From: an uncultured delta proteobacterium
Lineage (GTDB): Bacteria > Desulfobacterota > Binatia > Binatales > Binataceae
DNA: 64,000 bases
Assembly: GCA_963806485.1 (NCBI GenBank)
Contig: CAWDXY010000001.1
Span: 654,212 to 718,211 of the forward strand
Direction: 5' to 3'
Below are positions 50,205 to 59,895 of this stretch, piece by piece. Position 1 is the first letter of the stretch, and every line of letters begins with the position of its first letter. A program made the position numbers and the translations under genes. A model generated the notes under the pieces. The model ran no database searches, was not told the origin of the DNA, and saw only the letters and a list, made by a program, of their open reading frames with translations.

Positions 50205-50921
50205 TTACTGGTTCGGCACCAGCTCGACACGACGGTTCTGAGCGCGGCCCTCAGGCGTGTCGTTGGTGGCGACGAAATTGGTCTTACCGTACCCGTGCGG
50301 AATCAACTGCGTCGACGGGATGCCGGCTTTCACCAGGTAATCCACGACCGCGTCGGAGCGGCGGTCGGACAGCTTCAGGTTGTACTCCTCGCTGCCGATT
50401 ATGTCGCAATAGCCGTTGACGTTGATCGTCACGTTCGGGTTGGCCTTCAGAGTCGTCGCAGCCTCATCCAGAACGGCGGCGTCACCCGGACGGATATTCG
50501 ACTTATTGAAGTCGAAATGCACGCCGCGTAGGACCAGCTTTTGCGCGACCGGTGGCGGCGGAGGAGGCGGCGGAGGCGGCGGCGGTGGAGGCGGCGGCGC
50601 TGGCGGCGGTGGCTGGACGATTACCTCGTCGCAGATGTAGTGGCCAGCGAGCGCGCCGAGTATTGCGCCTCCTGCTGCACCACCACCACCGGCCCAGGCA
50701 CGGGAGTCATTGCTGCTGTTGCTGTGCGACCCTTGGGTGTTGTCGACGATGACAATGCCGATTGCCGCGCCCGCGCCTGCGCCGAGCAGTCCTCCGACGA
50801 GTGCGCAGGCCCCCCATTGGCGTGGTTGCTGCAAATATGCGCAACCGCTCACGCCCGACGCGAGCAGGGCCATGCCAGCGACGGCAACGACCGCATTCAA
50901 AAGCCTTGATTTCAGTCTCAT
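50205..50921 (-). CDS. OmpA-family lipoprotein with polyproline linker (paralog 3)
   Basis: Start MRLKSRLLNAVVAVAGMALLASGVSGC. PPPPAPPPPPPPPPPPPPPPP. OmpA domain nearly identical to paralog 2. Confidence 0.8.
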   Translation of the reverse strand: MRLKSRLLNAVVAVAGMALLASGVSGCAYLQQPRQWGACALVGGLLGAGAGAAIGIVIVDNTQGSHSNSSNDSRAWAGGGGAAGGAILGALAGHYICDEVIVQPPPPAPPPPPPPPPPPPPPPPVAQKLVLRGVHFDFNKSNIRPGDAAVLDEAATTLKANPNVTINVNGYCDIIGSEEYNLKLSDRRSDAVVDYLVKAGIPSTQLIPHGYGKTNFVATNDTPEGRAQNRRVELVPNQ

Positions 50922-51241
50922 GAGCTCCTCCTCACCCAAGTGCGTCTACGCGCGAAGCGAACCCCTCGCTTTGCCCCGAGCCCCGGATCATGTCCAAACA
51001 GGAACTACCCGCCCCAATTGACGGGGAAATATAGTTATATTTGTAACGAGAATGCAACACGTGCCCGGCGGATTTCTGCCCGCGCGGGCTGGCCTTCTGA
51101 CGGACAGAGCCACGCCTGCCTGTGGATAAGTGGCGATGAAGTTGCGCTGGTCAGCCGGTCAAGCCCTGCTCATGTATATCGCGTTGAATGACTGCCCTAT
51201 CTGGCAACAAGCAGACGGGCGGCGCGCTCATATGTTTCGAA

Positions 51242-51718
51242 TCAGTATGGGTTGTGCTCACCGTGATGGACGTGATTGGGCGGCGGCGGCTGGTTAACCG
51301 GCGGCACGCCATACGGATGCGGGTTTCCCTGGTAGTGCTCTCCCTCGGCAGCATGATGTTCCGCGTTCGGGTACCAGTCGGGATGATGATCGCGAACCCA
51401 ATTGGGGTCATGATCGTTCCACCAGTCGCGATCGTGCCAACTGTGATCGGGGCCGTAACCGCCCCAGCGGTCTGCGTTCGGCAGCCTTCCCCAGGTACCG
51501 GGGTGGCTCTGCATGAACTCCTCCAGCTCAACATGTTGGCGGCGGAATGCCGGGTTGAAAATCAGGTCGGGATTTCGCTGCAGGTCGTGCCTCACATCCG
51601 GGTGATGATTGAGAAAATCCTCCAGGCGCGGGTCGGGGTACTGGGCCGTCGAAATCGACGGCAACGCCATCGCGAGCGCCACGACCGCAACTGCGAGAAT
51701 GGTTTTGAGATGCTTCAT
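51242..51718 (-). CDS. Secreted His/Asp/Trp-rich protein
   Basis: Signal peptide MKHLKTILAVAVVALAMALPSISTA. Repeated HHPD, DHSWHDRDWWNDHDPNWVRDHHPDWYPNAEHH, and a C-terminal HVHHGEHNPY. Confidence 0.5.
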   Translation of the reverse strand: MKHLKTILAVAVVALAMALPSISTAQYPDPRLEDFLNHHPDVRHDLQRNPDLIFNPAFRRQHVELEEFMQSHPGTWGRLPNADRWGGYGPDHSWHDRDWWNDHDPNWVRDHHPDWYPNAEHHAAEGEHYQGNPHPYGVPPVNQPPPPNHVHHGEHNPY

Positions 51719-51982
51719 ATGCGATTTTCCTCCCAGGGACGATCGGTTTGGCTTGAACAGTAGTCGATATGCCGCGAATCGCTCGCGGCGCATCCTAGCA
51801 AATTTGCCGGATGTCACCTATTCCGCGCGTCGACAAATTCGACGCCTCCCCCGAAAACGTGCATGCGCCACCAGATTTCGGATGACCGGGCGTGTCAAAC
51901 GCTGACACTAAACTCAGCTAGTATCTTTTCTTAATTCCTGGGTGCAGGGATCACCCCTGCTTGCTAAAATATTTCACTCATC

Positions 51983-54223
51983 ATGCTTTCACTCGCGCGC
52001 GGCAAGGAGGGGACTTTCAAGCTGGTCTCGGGTTACAAGCCTGAGGGCGACCAGCCCGCCGCGATCGAGTCGATCGTTGCCAATCTCAACGACAAAGTGC
52101 CGCATCAGGTCCTGCTCGGTGTCACCGGCTCCGGCAAGACCTTCACGATGGCCAACGTGATCGCGCGCGTTAACCGGCCGACGCTCGTGATGGCGCCGAA
52201 CAAGACGCTCGCCGCGCAGCTCTACAATGAGTTCAAGAGCCTGTTCCCGGAAAATGCGGTCCGCTACTTCGTCTCGTATTACGACTACTATCAGCCCGAA
52301 GCGTACGTGCCCTCGACCGACACGTTTATCGAGAAAGACGCGAGCATCAACGACGAGATCGACAAGCTGCGCCATTCCGCCACCAAGGCGCTGCTCGAGC
52401 GCAACGACGTGCTGATAGTCGCGTCAGTCTCGTGTATCTACGGCCTCGGCGAGCCCGAGGTCTATTTCGAGATGCTGGTGTTCCTCGAAGAGGGGCAGAC
52501 TATCGACCGCGACAAGATGCTGCGCAAGCTGGTGGACATCCAGTATCAGCGCAACGACTACGATTTTCATCGCGGGACGTTCCGGGTGCGCGGCGACACG
52601 GTCGAGATTTTTCCGGCCTACGAAGAGCAGCGCGCGGTACGAGTCGAGTTCTTCGGCGACCAGGTCGAGGCGCTGTACGAAATCGATGCGCTGCGCGGCA
52701 AGGTGATTCGCAAGCTGCAGAGCGTCGCGATCTACCCGGCGTCGCATTACGTGACGACCTCGGACCGGATGGAAATCGCGGTGCGCGACATCCGCGCCGA
52801 GCTGAAGGAGCGTCTCGAGTTCTTCCGCACCGAGAATCGGCTGCTGGAGGCTCAGCGACTCGAACAGCGCACGATGTACGACCTCGAGCTGCTGGCCGAG
52901 ATGGGTTTCTGCCCCGGCATCGAGAACTATTCGCGCCATCTGACCGGCCGCCTGCCCGGACAGGCGCCGCCGACGCTGCTCGACTACTTCCCGAACAATT
53001 CGCTGTTTTTCATCGACGAGAGCCACGTCACCGTTCCGCAGATTGGCGGGATGTATCGCGGCGACCGCTCGCGCAAATCAGTGCTGGTCGAGTTCGGCTT
53101 CCGGCTGCCGTCGGCCCTCGACAATCGCCCGTTGAATTTCGAAGAGTGGGAGTCGCACGTCGTGCAGGCGGTCTACGTTTCGGCGACGCCCGGCGACTAC
53201 GAGCAGGAGAAATCAGGCGGCCTCATCGTCGAGCAGCTGATTCGCCCGACCGGACTTATCGATCCCGAAATCGAGGTGCGCAAGGCCGGCACGCAAGTCG
53301 ATGACCTGCTCGAGGAGATTCACAAGCGCGTCGCGGTCAACGAGCGGGTGCTGGTGACATGCCTGACCAAGAAGATGGCCGAGGATCTGACCGACTACTA
53401 CCACGACCTCGGCATCCGCGTGCGCTACCTGCATTCGGATATCGAGACGATCGAGCGCGTCGAAATAATCCGCAGCCTGCGCAAGGGCGAGTTCGACGTG
53501 CTGGTCGGAATCAACCTGCTGCGCGAAGGCCTCGACCTGCCCGAGGTGTCGCTGGTCGCGATTCTCGACGCCGACAAGGAAGGCTACCTGCGCTCCGCCC
53601 GCTCGCTGATCCAGACCACCGGTCGCGCCGCACGCCATATCAACGGCCGCGTGCTCATGTATGCGGACGTCGTCACCAAGTCGATGGAACAGGCGATTGG
53701 CGAGACCAACCGCCGGCGCGCCAAGCAGGTCGCATATAATGAGCAGCACGGCATCACGCCCATATCGATCACCAAGGCGATCGACGCGTCGCTGGTCGAG
53801 ATGTACTCACCGGAATGGGCCGTGGTCCCCGAAATTGGCGACGATAAGAAGGACGAGGAGTTTATCCCGGCACACGAGCTGCCGGACCGAATCACCGCGC
53901 TGCGTCAACAAATGATGGACGCGGCGGAAAATCTCGACTACGAGCGCGCCGCCGATCTGCGCGATCAGATCAAGAAGCTCGAGCGCCACGCCTTCGGGAT
54001 GGATCAGCCGCGCCATCCGGTGCAGCCGTCGCTGCCACCCGGCTCAGCGCATCAACCGAAGTACGAAGGCCCCAAAAAAGACACAGCAGAAAAAGGCATA
54101 CCAGTAAAAACTCGAGGCCGCCGCGGCGCAGGCGCTGCCACCGGCGCCGCCGCAGGCGCGATGCGCCCAAATCGCCCCGTAAAGCAAGGCAAGCTGAAGC
54201 TAATCCCCGACGCCCCCAAGTAG
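51983..54223 (+). CDS. uvrB: Excinuclease ABC subunit B with a roughly 70-aa basic/Ala-Gly-rich C-terminal extension
   Basis: Collinear with E. coli UvrB from FKLVS.Y.P.GDQP through the UvrC-interacting region (EEAA..RDQ). Extra tail ...[18 protein letters not shown]...[10 protein letters not shown]. Confidence 0.95.
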   Translation: MLSLARGKEGTFKLVSGYKPEGDQPAAIESIVANLNDKVPHQVLLGVTGSGKTFTMANVIARVNRPTLVMAPNKTLAAQLYNEFKSLFPENAVRYFVSYYDYYQPEAYVPSTDTFIEKDASINDEIDKLRHSATKALLERNDVLIVASVSCIYGLGEPEVYFEMLVFLEEGQTIDRDKMLRKLVDIQYQRNDYDFHRGTFRVRGDTVEIFPAYEEQRAVRVEFFGDQVEALYEIDALRGKVIRKLQSVAIYPASHYVTTSDRMEIAVRDIRAELKERLEFFRTENRLLEAQRLEQRTMYDLELLAEMGFCPGIENYSRHLTGRLPGQAPPTLLDYFPNNSLFFIDESHVTVPQIGGMYRGDRSRKSVLVEFGFRLPSALDNRPLNFEEWESHVVQAVYVSATPGDYEQEKSGGLIVEQLIRPTGLIDPEIEVRKAGTQVDDLLEEIHKRVAVNERVLVTCLTKKMAEDLTDYYHDLGIRVRYLHSDIETIERVEIIRSLRKGEFDVLVGINLLREGLDLPEVSLVAILDADKEGYLRSARSLIQTTGRAARHINGRVLMYADVVTKSMEQAIGETNRRRAKQVAYNEQHGITPISITKAIDASLVEMYSPEWAVVPEIGDDKKDEEFIPAHELPDRITALRQQMMDAAENLDYERAADLRDQIKKLERHAFGMDQPRHPVQPSLPPGSAHQPKYEGPKKDTAEKGIPVKTRGRRGAGAATGAAAGAMRPNRPVKQGKLKLIPDAPK

Positions 54224-54243
54224 GGGCGAGTGAGCCCGCTAGA

Positions 54244-55443
54244 ATGCCGAGCGTTGAACCCATAACTGCCGAGTACGTGACGGGATTGGTCGAGCACAAG
54301 GTGTCCGAGCGTAAGACGATCGACTACAAGAGCGCTCTTCCGGGCGGTGCTGATCAGGAAAAAAAAGAATTTCTGGCTGACGTTTCCTCCTTCGCCAACA
54401 CCGAGGGAGGCGAACTGATTTTCGGCGTGACAGAAACGTCAGGGGTCCCGACGGAAATCGTAGGTGTGACGTTGGGAAACTCTGACGCGGAAAAGCTTCG
54501 CCTTCAAAACTTGATTCGCGACGGGCTGCAGCCACGACTGCCGAGCCCACCTGAAATGGAATCCGTCATCACCGAAGAAGGCAAATTGGCCTTTGTCGTA
54601 AGGATTCCTAAGAGCTGGCGTTCGCCGCACCGTGTCTCATTTGGCGGTCATGGGCACTTCTACGCTCGGCACTCGAACGGAAAATATCAGTTGGACGTCG
54701 GTGAACTCCGCGACGCCATGGTTCGAGGCGAATCCGTGAGCGAACGAATCAGGGCATTCCGAGCCGAGCGCGTCATTTCAGTGAAATCGGGCAATACACC
54801 GATCGTCGTCGAGGACGCCCCGACACAGATTGTCCATCTGGTTCCTCTATCTGCGTTCACGTCCGGTGCGGCGGTGGATATTTCAACGGCCATTCGAAGG
54901 ATTGCGTCCAGCAACCTTATCCCGCTTAAGCCCCTAGGTCGGTCGAGTGGATGGGATCATCACGTTAATCTTGAAGGACGCGTTGTCTTTGGAGTGACCG
55001 GTCCTGGTGACGCGAACGGCCGGTCGTATACACAATACTACAGGAACGGAATATTCGAGGCCGTCGGTACGCTTCCGATTGGGTCCAAGGCAAGTCCTAC
55101 CGTTCCCTACATTTTTTCGGCTGATTGGGTGTATGAACTTCGGGATTTCCTAGCTCGATCCTTTGCGCTGATGAAACAGTTGGAATCGGAGCTCCCCATT
55201 GTATTCTTCTTCAGCCTCACGGGCATTCGCGGTGTCTCGTTATCCATGGACTCTTACATTGGAGCTATTGGGAATCCATTTAAGACTGATGACCTTGTAC
55301 TGGGAGAACAAATCATCGAGACTTACCCGCCTTCCGTGGATCCGCTTTTGAAGAGAATTCTGGGGATTGTTTGGAATGCCGCCGGCTTGGAGGATTGCTT
55401 GCTCTTCGACAGCGAGGGGAAATTGTTGCCACCGCAGCGATAG
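54244..55443 (+). CDS. AlbA_2 (Schlafen-like divergent AAA/DNA-binding) domain protein with an uncharacterised roughly 250-aa C-terminal region
   Basis: The N-terminus TIDYKSALPGGADQEKKEFLADVSSFANTEGGELIFGVTETSGVPTEIVGV matches the AlbA_2 core (EFK...vaAFANt.GG.l.iGV.d.G...G). GC about 56%. Confidence 0.55.
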   Translation: MPSVEPITAEYVTGLVEHKVSERKTIDYKSALPGGADQEKKEFLADVSSFANTEGGELIFGVTETSGVPTEIVGVTLGNSDAEKLRLQNLIRDGLQPRLPSPPEMESVITEEGKLAFVVRIPKSWRSPHRVSFGGHGHFYARHSNGKYQLDVGELRDAMVRGESVSERIRAFRAERVISVKSGNTPIVVEDAPTQIVHLVPLSAFTSGAAVDISTAIRRIASSNLIPLKPLGRSSGWDHHVNLEGRVVFGVTGPGDANGRSYTQYYRNGIFEAVGTLPIGSKASPTVPYIFSADWVYELRDFLARSFALMKQLESELPIVFFFSLTGIRGVSLSMDSYIGAIGNPFKTDDLVLGEQIIETYPPSVDPLLKRILGIVWNAAGLEDCLLFDSEGKLLPPQR

Positions 55444-55494
55444 TCCTGCTGCAACAGTCCTTTCCGTCATCTTCTCCTTGTTCCGTCTTTTCAT

Positions 55495-55591
55495 TGTGTC
55501 ATCCCGAGCGAAGCCGAGGGACCCCGGATCTTTCTCGACGCACGGCACGTCACCTCACTTAGGGCACGCGGAGCTGAGTAGCTCCGGATCC
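55495..55591. repeat. Left arm of a roughly 97-bp inverted repeat flanking the GIY-YIG gene
   Basis: tgtgtcatcccgagcgaagccgagggaccccggatctttctcga... The first 44 nt are a perfect reverse complement of 55963-56006; the inner 53 nt are about 75% identical. Confidence 0.65.
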
Positions 55592-55597
55592 GTCGCT

Positions 55598-55888
55598 TCA
55601 TTCGAAACTCAAATCATCCCACGCTGGATTCATCGACTCGATCAGCTTGATCTTCTTCGCACGCGTCCAATTCTTCAGTTGTTTTTCGCGCGAGATAGCC
55701 GAGGCAGGATCTGCGAATTCCTCGAACCAGACCAAGCGATCAACGTGGTAAGTAACAGTGAAGCCCGGATTCTCCTTCATCTTGTGCTCGTCAACTCGAC
55801 GCCGGAGATCGTTCGTGACCCCAATGTAGATTGTGCGAGATGGACTCGCGACGATGTACACGAAGAAGGAAGTGCGTGCTATGCCCAT
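55598..55888 (-). CDS. GIY-YIG nuclease family protein (YhbQ/UPF0213-like)
   Basis: FFVYIVASPSRTIYIGVTNDLRRRVDEHK carries the GIY...YIG and Arg/Glu catalytic motifs. 96 aa. Confidence 0.75.
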   Translation of the reverse strand: MGIARTSFFVYIVASPSRTIYIGVTNDLRRRVDEHKMKENPGFTVTYHVDRLVWFEEFADPASAISREKQLKNWTRAKKIKLIESMNPAWDDLSFE

Positions 55889-55907
55889 AAGCCTAGCTGA
55901 GCAGATC

Positions 55908-56006
55908 GGATCCGGAGCACCTCAGCTTCGCGTGCCCCAAGTGAAGTCGAAGTACCTTACATCGAGAAAGATCCGGGGTCCCTCGGCTTCGCTCGGGATG
56001 ACACAA
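55908..56006. repeat. Right arm of the inverted repeat
   Basis: Reverse complement of the left arm. Its outer end is ...tcgagaaagatccggggtccctcggcttcgctcgggatgacaca. Confidence 0.65.
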
Positions 56007-56042
56007 TAAAGGACAGCGCGCTCTGCGATTTATTCGACGGTG

Positions 56043-56315
56043 CTAGCGGGGCGTTCGCCGGACTACGTGCAGGCGCGCGACGGTGTCGGCGTCGCGTGAA
56101 TCGCCGCTAACTGCGGCCTCTTCCTCGCCTTGGATCAGCTCGGCGATGGTGAGCATCCCAATCAACGCGACCATCGACAACCATGCAAAGCCGTAGCAGA
56201 GCGCGGCCGCGCTATATCTTATGCGTAACAAGGTCTTATCTCTCCAGGACGCTTCTAGCATAGACTTGACTATATGACTAGTCAGCAGCAACAAGAAGTT
56301 GACAGAAATTGTCAC
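56043..56315 (-). CDS. Small hydrophobic hypothetical protein
   Basis: 90-aa ORF with two hydrophobic segments. Confidence 0.2.
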   Translation of the reverse strand: MTISVNFLLLLTSHIVKSMLEASWRDKTLLRIRYSAAALCYGFAWLSMVALIGMLTIAELIQGEEEAAVSGDSRDADTVARLHVVRRTPR

Positions 56316-56421
56316 GCTCAGAACATTTGCAGGATGAAACGGCCAGGCTTTGAGGGAGAAACACGCTTTTTTCTGCGCTTCTTATTTGTGCCATTCTGGA
56401 GCGACTCACGGAGCGAGACAC

Positions 56422-57288
56422 ATGGAAATCGGATGGATCGGAACCGGAATAATGGGCGCGCCGATGGCGCGGCGATTGATCGGCGGGGGCCATCGCTTGC
56501 GCGTTTTCAATCGCTCGATTGAAAAGGCGCGCGCGCTGGCGGCTGACGGGGCGAGCGTGGCGGCCGATGCCGCGGCATGCGCCGCCGGCGCGGAGGTCGT
56601 GTTTATCATGGTGCCCGACACGCCTGACGTCGAGGCGACCGTCGCGAAGATCGAGCCGGCGCTCAAAGCCGGGCAGATGGTCGTTGACATGAGCACGGTT
56701 TCGCCGGCGGCTGAGCGCGCGATCGCCGCGCGGCTCAAGCGGGCCGGTGTCGATTACCTCGATGCGCCGGTCTCGGGCGGCGATGTAGGCGCTCGCGACG
56801 GCACGCTGGCCATAATGGTCGGCGGAGACGCGGCCGCGTTCGCGCGGGCGCGGCCATTGTTCGATCTAATGGGCAAAAGAGTTACGCACATCGGCGCGCC
56901 GGGTGCGGGCCAGATGACGAAGCTGGCAAATCAGATCGCGGTCGCGATCAATCTCGAAGCAGCGGCCGAGGCGATCAAGTTCGCGCGCGGCGGCGGTCTC
57001 GACGCGTCGCGGGTGGTCGAGGCAATTGGCGCGGGCGCGGCTGGGTCGTGGCAGTTGTCGAATCTCGGTCCCAAAATAATCGCTGGCGACTATCGGCCCG
57101 GGTTTTTTATCAAGCTGATTCGCAAGGACCTGCGGCTGGTGGCCGAAGCGGCGCGCGAAGCGGGGCTGGCGCTGCCGGGACTCGCGCTGATGGCCTCGAT
57201 GTTCAACGCGTCGGCGGCGCTCGGGCACGACCTCGACGGCACGCAGGCGGTCGCGGCGGCACTCGACAGATTGGCGGACGTGAAGTAG
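56422..57288 (+). CDS. NAD(P)-dependent oxidoreductase, 3-hydroxyisobutyrate dehydrogenase family
   Basis: IGWIGTGIMGAPMA Rossmann motif and the catalytic Lys region (GAGQMTKLANQ). Confidence 0.8.
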   Translation: MEIGWIGTGIMGAPMARRLIGGGHRLRVFNRSIEKARALAADGASVAADAAACAAGAEVVFIMVPDTPDVEATVAKIEPALKAGQMVVDMSTVSPAAERAIAARLKRAGVDYLDAPVSGGDVGARDGTLAIMVGGDAAAFARARPLFDLMGKRVTHIGAPGAGQMTKLANQIAVAINLEAAAEAIKFARGGGLDASRVVEAIGAGAAGSWQLSNLGPKIIAGDYRPGFFIKLIRKDLRLVAEAAREAGLALPGLALMASMFNASAALGHDLDGTQAVAAALDRLADVK

Positions 57289-57326
57289 TACCAGAGTTCG
57301 AACCCGGATTTTTTGGAGGGCCTAAA

Positions 57327-58133
57327 ATGGCAGACCTGCTGACCGAAGTGAAAGACCGCGTGCTGTACCTCACGCTGAATCGGCCCGACAAGCTCAACGC
57401 GATGAGCAACGAGATGATGGGTGCGCTGGTGGACAACCTGTCGCGCGCCGCGACCAATCCCGAAATCGGCGCCGTCGTGCTGACCGGCGCGGGCCGCGGA
57501 TTCTGCTCGGGCGGAGATATCGGCGGGATGCGTGCGCGCAACGAGGGCGGAGGCGCCGCCGAGGCGACGACGACGATCGAGGATCGCGTCGCGGGCCTGC
57601 GTCGCGGCGAAGAGGCGTCGTTGATGCTGCACGAGATGGCCAAGGTGACGATCGCGGCGGTCAACGGTCCGGCCGCCGGCGCCGGCTTGAGCCTCGCGAT
57701 GGCCTGCGACATCAGGATTGCGTCCGACGCGGCGCGTTTCGGTACCGCGTTCGCCAAGGTCGGCTTCTCGGGCGATTACGGCGGCACCTGGTCGCTGACG
57801 CATCTGGTGGGTTCGGCAAAGGCGCGCGAACTGTATTTCCTGGCCGATGTGATCGGCGCGGACGAGGCGCTGCGCATCGGATTGGCAAATCGCGTCGTGC
57901 CTGCGGCGTCGTTTCGCGACGAGGTGCATGCGCTCGCGTCGCGAATCGCCAACGGTCCCACGATTGCCTACGGCTACATGAAAGCGAATCTCAACGCGGC
58001 GGTGAATCATGAGTTCAACGAGTTGCTCGACCGCGAGGCGTGGGGCCAAACGATGACCGGCCGCACCGAGGACCATCGCGAGGCAGTGAAGGCGTTTCTC
58101 GAGAAGCGCCCGCCGACGTTTAAGGGTCGATAG
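57327..58133 (+). CDS. Enoyl-CoA hydratase/isomerase family protein
   Basis: Crotonase fold. ATG preceded by GGAGGG. AVNGPAAGAGLSLAMACD motif. Confidence 0.85.
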   Translation: MADLLTEVKDRVLYLTLNRPDKLNAMSNEMMGALVDNLSRAATNPEIGAVVLTGAGRGFCSGGDIGGMRARNEGGGAAEATTTIEDRVAGLRRGEEASLMLHEMAKVTIAAVNGPAAGAGLSLAMACDIRIASDAARFGTAFAKVGFSGDYGGTWSLTHLVGSAKARELYFLADVIGADEALRIGLANRVVPAASFRDEVHALASRIANGPTIAYGYMKANLNAAVNHEFNELLDREAWGQTMTGRTEDHREAVKAFLEKRPPTFKGR

Positions 58134-58251
58134 CGTTTTCGCGTCCTCTCCTCGTTCGAGGAAGGGCATCTTAGTAATTGGACCCTCACCCCGCGCCAGA
58201 AGGCGCGGCCTCTCCCTGACAGGGAGAGGCTCGATGCGGAGGTCACTGACG

Positions 58252-59052
58252 ATGGACTTCAAAACAATCATCTACGGCTCACGCGACGGCGTCGCGAAGA
58301 TCACTATCAACCGCGCCGAGCGGATGAATGGCTACAACGAGACGATGGTCAAGGACATGTGCGCGGCGATCGATCTCGCGCGCCAGGACGACGACGTGCG
58401 CGTGTTGATCATCACGGGCAGCGGGCGCGCGTTCTGCGCCGGCGGCGATATCAGCGGCGCGCCGGAAAGCCGCTCGCGCTTCCATGGGCATCCGATGGGC
58501 CACATGCTCGAGATGCGCGAAGGGTTCCATCAGCTGGTGATTTCATTGCATCGTTTTGACAAGCCGGTCATTGCGGCGATCAACGGCGCGGCTGTGGCGG
58601 GCGGCCTGACGCTCGCGCTGTCGTGCGACTTCCGAATCGCGTCGGACCAGGCGCGGCTGGGGGACACTGCCCTCAAGTTCGCGCTGCTCTGCGATGAAGG
58701 CGGAGCGTACCTCTTCCCCCGCTTCATGGGACTCGATCGCGCACTCAAGATGACGCTGCTGTCCGAAGTCTATGACGCGAAGACCGCGCTCGAGCTCGGC
58801 CTGGTGACCGAAGTGGTGCCGCACGCGGAGCTGGAGGCGCGCGTGAACGACTTCGCGCGGCGGCTCGCGGACGGACCGCCGTTGGCAATCAGGCTGGCCA
58901 AACGCATGATGTACAAGCAGCGCGAGATGACGCTCGAAAACGCGCTCGAGGACGCCGCGCTCAACGTGATGATCACCAATCCTTCCGAAGACGTGCGCGA
59001 GGGGATCCGCGCGTTCCGCGAAAAACAGAAACCCAAATTCAAAGGCAAGTGA
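58252..59052 (+). CDS. Enoyl-CoA hydratase/isomerase family protein
   Basis: Crotonase fold (AINGAAVAGGLTLALSCD). Confidence 0.85.
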   Translation: MDFKTIIYGSRDGVAKITINRAERMNGYNETMVKDMCAAIDLARQDDDVRVLIITGSGRAFCAGGDISGAPESRSRFHGHPMGHMLEMREGFHQLVISLHRFDKPVIAAINGAAVAGGLTLALSCDFRIASDQARLGDTALKFALLCDEGGAYLFPRFMGLDRALKMTLLSEVYDAKTALELGLVTEVVPHAELEARVNDFARRLADGPPLAIRLAKRMMYKQREMTLENALEDAALNVMITNPSEDVREGIRAFREKQKPKFKGK

Positions 59053-59088
59053 GTTTTTTGCCGCGCCGCTACAGGAGACCTCGTCCCG

Positions 59089-59508
59089 ATGCCGATGAAG
59101 AAAAAAGATATCGAGAAGCTGCTCAAGAAGCCGATCGTCGCTGTCGTCGCGGTCACTGCCCCCGACGGCGCGCCGCACGCCGTGCCGACCTGGTACGAAT
59201 ACACCGACGGGCAAGTCGTGTTTCACACCGCCGCCGATTCGTTCAAATACAAATGCCTGGTGCGCGACCCGCGCGTCACGCTGGTCGTCGATACCAAGAA
59301 GGCGCCGTACAAGACAGTGGTGCTGAAGGGGCGCGCCACGCTCGAGGAAAAGATCGACGACAAGCGCACGGAGCGGATGGCGGTCGAGTACCTGGGCAAG
59401 AAACTCGGAAAGGCGTACGCGAAATCGCTCAAAGGCAACAAGGTCGTCGTCGTCACATTCAAGCCGGCGCACACAGTCTCGTGGGACTACAGCCAGGAGA
59501 GTCCATAG
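59089..59508 (+). CDS. Pyridoxamine 5'-phosphate oxidase family protein (split-barrel, possibly deazaflavin-dependent)
   Basis: 139 aa with a PNPOx-like split-barrel pattern (IVAVVAVTAPDGAPHAVPTWY..). Confidence 0.6.
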   Translation: MPMKKKDIEKLLKKPIVAVVAVTAPDGAPHAVPTWYEYTDGQVVFHTAADSFKYKCLVRDPRVTLVVDTKKAPYKTVVLKGRATLEEKIDDKRTERMAVEYLGKKLGKAYAKSLKGNKVVVVTFKPAHTVSWDYSQESP

Positions 59509-59566
59509 GACTCCCTCGTTGGACGACGGCGGCGCGCTACGGACGAACGGCCCCCAAATCGCCTGT

Positions 59567-59878
59567 TCAGCGTCCAGCCGCAGCCAGTGGGCGTACCTCT
59601 GCAGCTATCTTCGCGGCGCGCTCGTCCATGGCTTTGCGAAGTTCATACTTCGCCTGCAAATTCATCCAGAACTCAGCGGTCGTGCCCAAATAGCGCGCGA
59701 GTCTCAGCGCGGTGTCAGCTGTGATCGCGCGCTCGCCCTTGACGATCTCATAGACACGCGAGACGGGCACGTGAATGTCCATCGCGAGCCGGTTGATGCT
59801 CACCCCAGCCGGGACCAGATAGTCTTCGTTCAATATCTCACCCGGGAAAATCGGAGATAGTTTTTTTGTTGTCGCCAT
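59567..59878 (-). CDS. higA: HigA family antitoxin (HTH-XRE)
   Basis: LSPIFPGEILNEDYL...SINRLAMDIHVPVSRVYEIVKGERAITADTALRLARYLGTTAEFWMNLQ. Confidence 0.75.
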   Translation of the reverse strand: MATTKKLSPIFPGEILNEDYLVPAGVSINRLAMDIHVPVSRVYEIVKGERAITADTALRLARYLGTTAEFWMNLQAKYELRKAMDERAAKIAAEVRPLAAAGR

Positions 59879-59895
59879 TTTGAGTTTCTCCAAGT

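Noticed and set aside
48665-50752. Gly-rich + strand ORFs (GGGGGGGG runs)
   Set aside because: Antisense of the polyproline-coding tracts of the OmpA-like paralogs.
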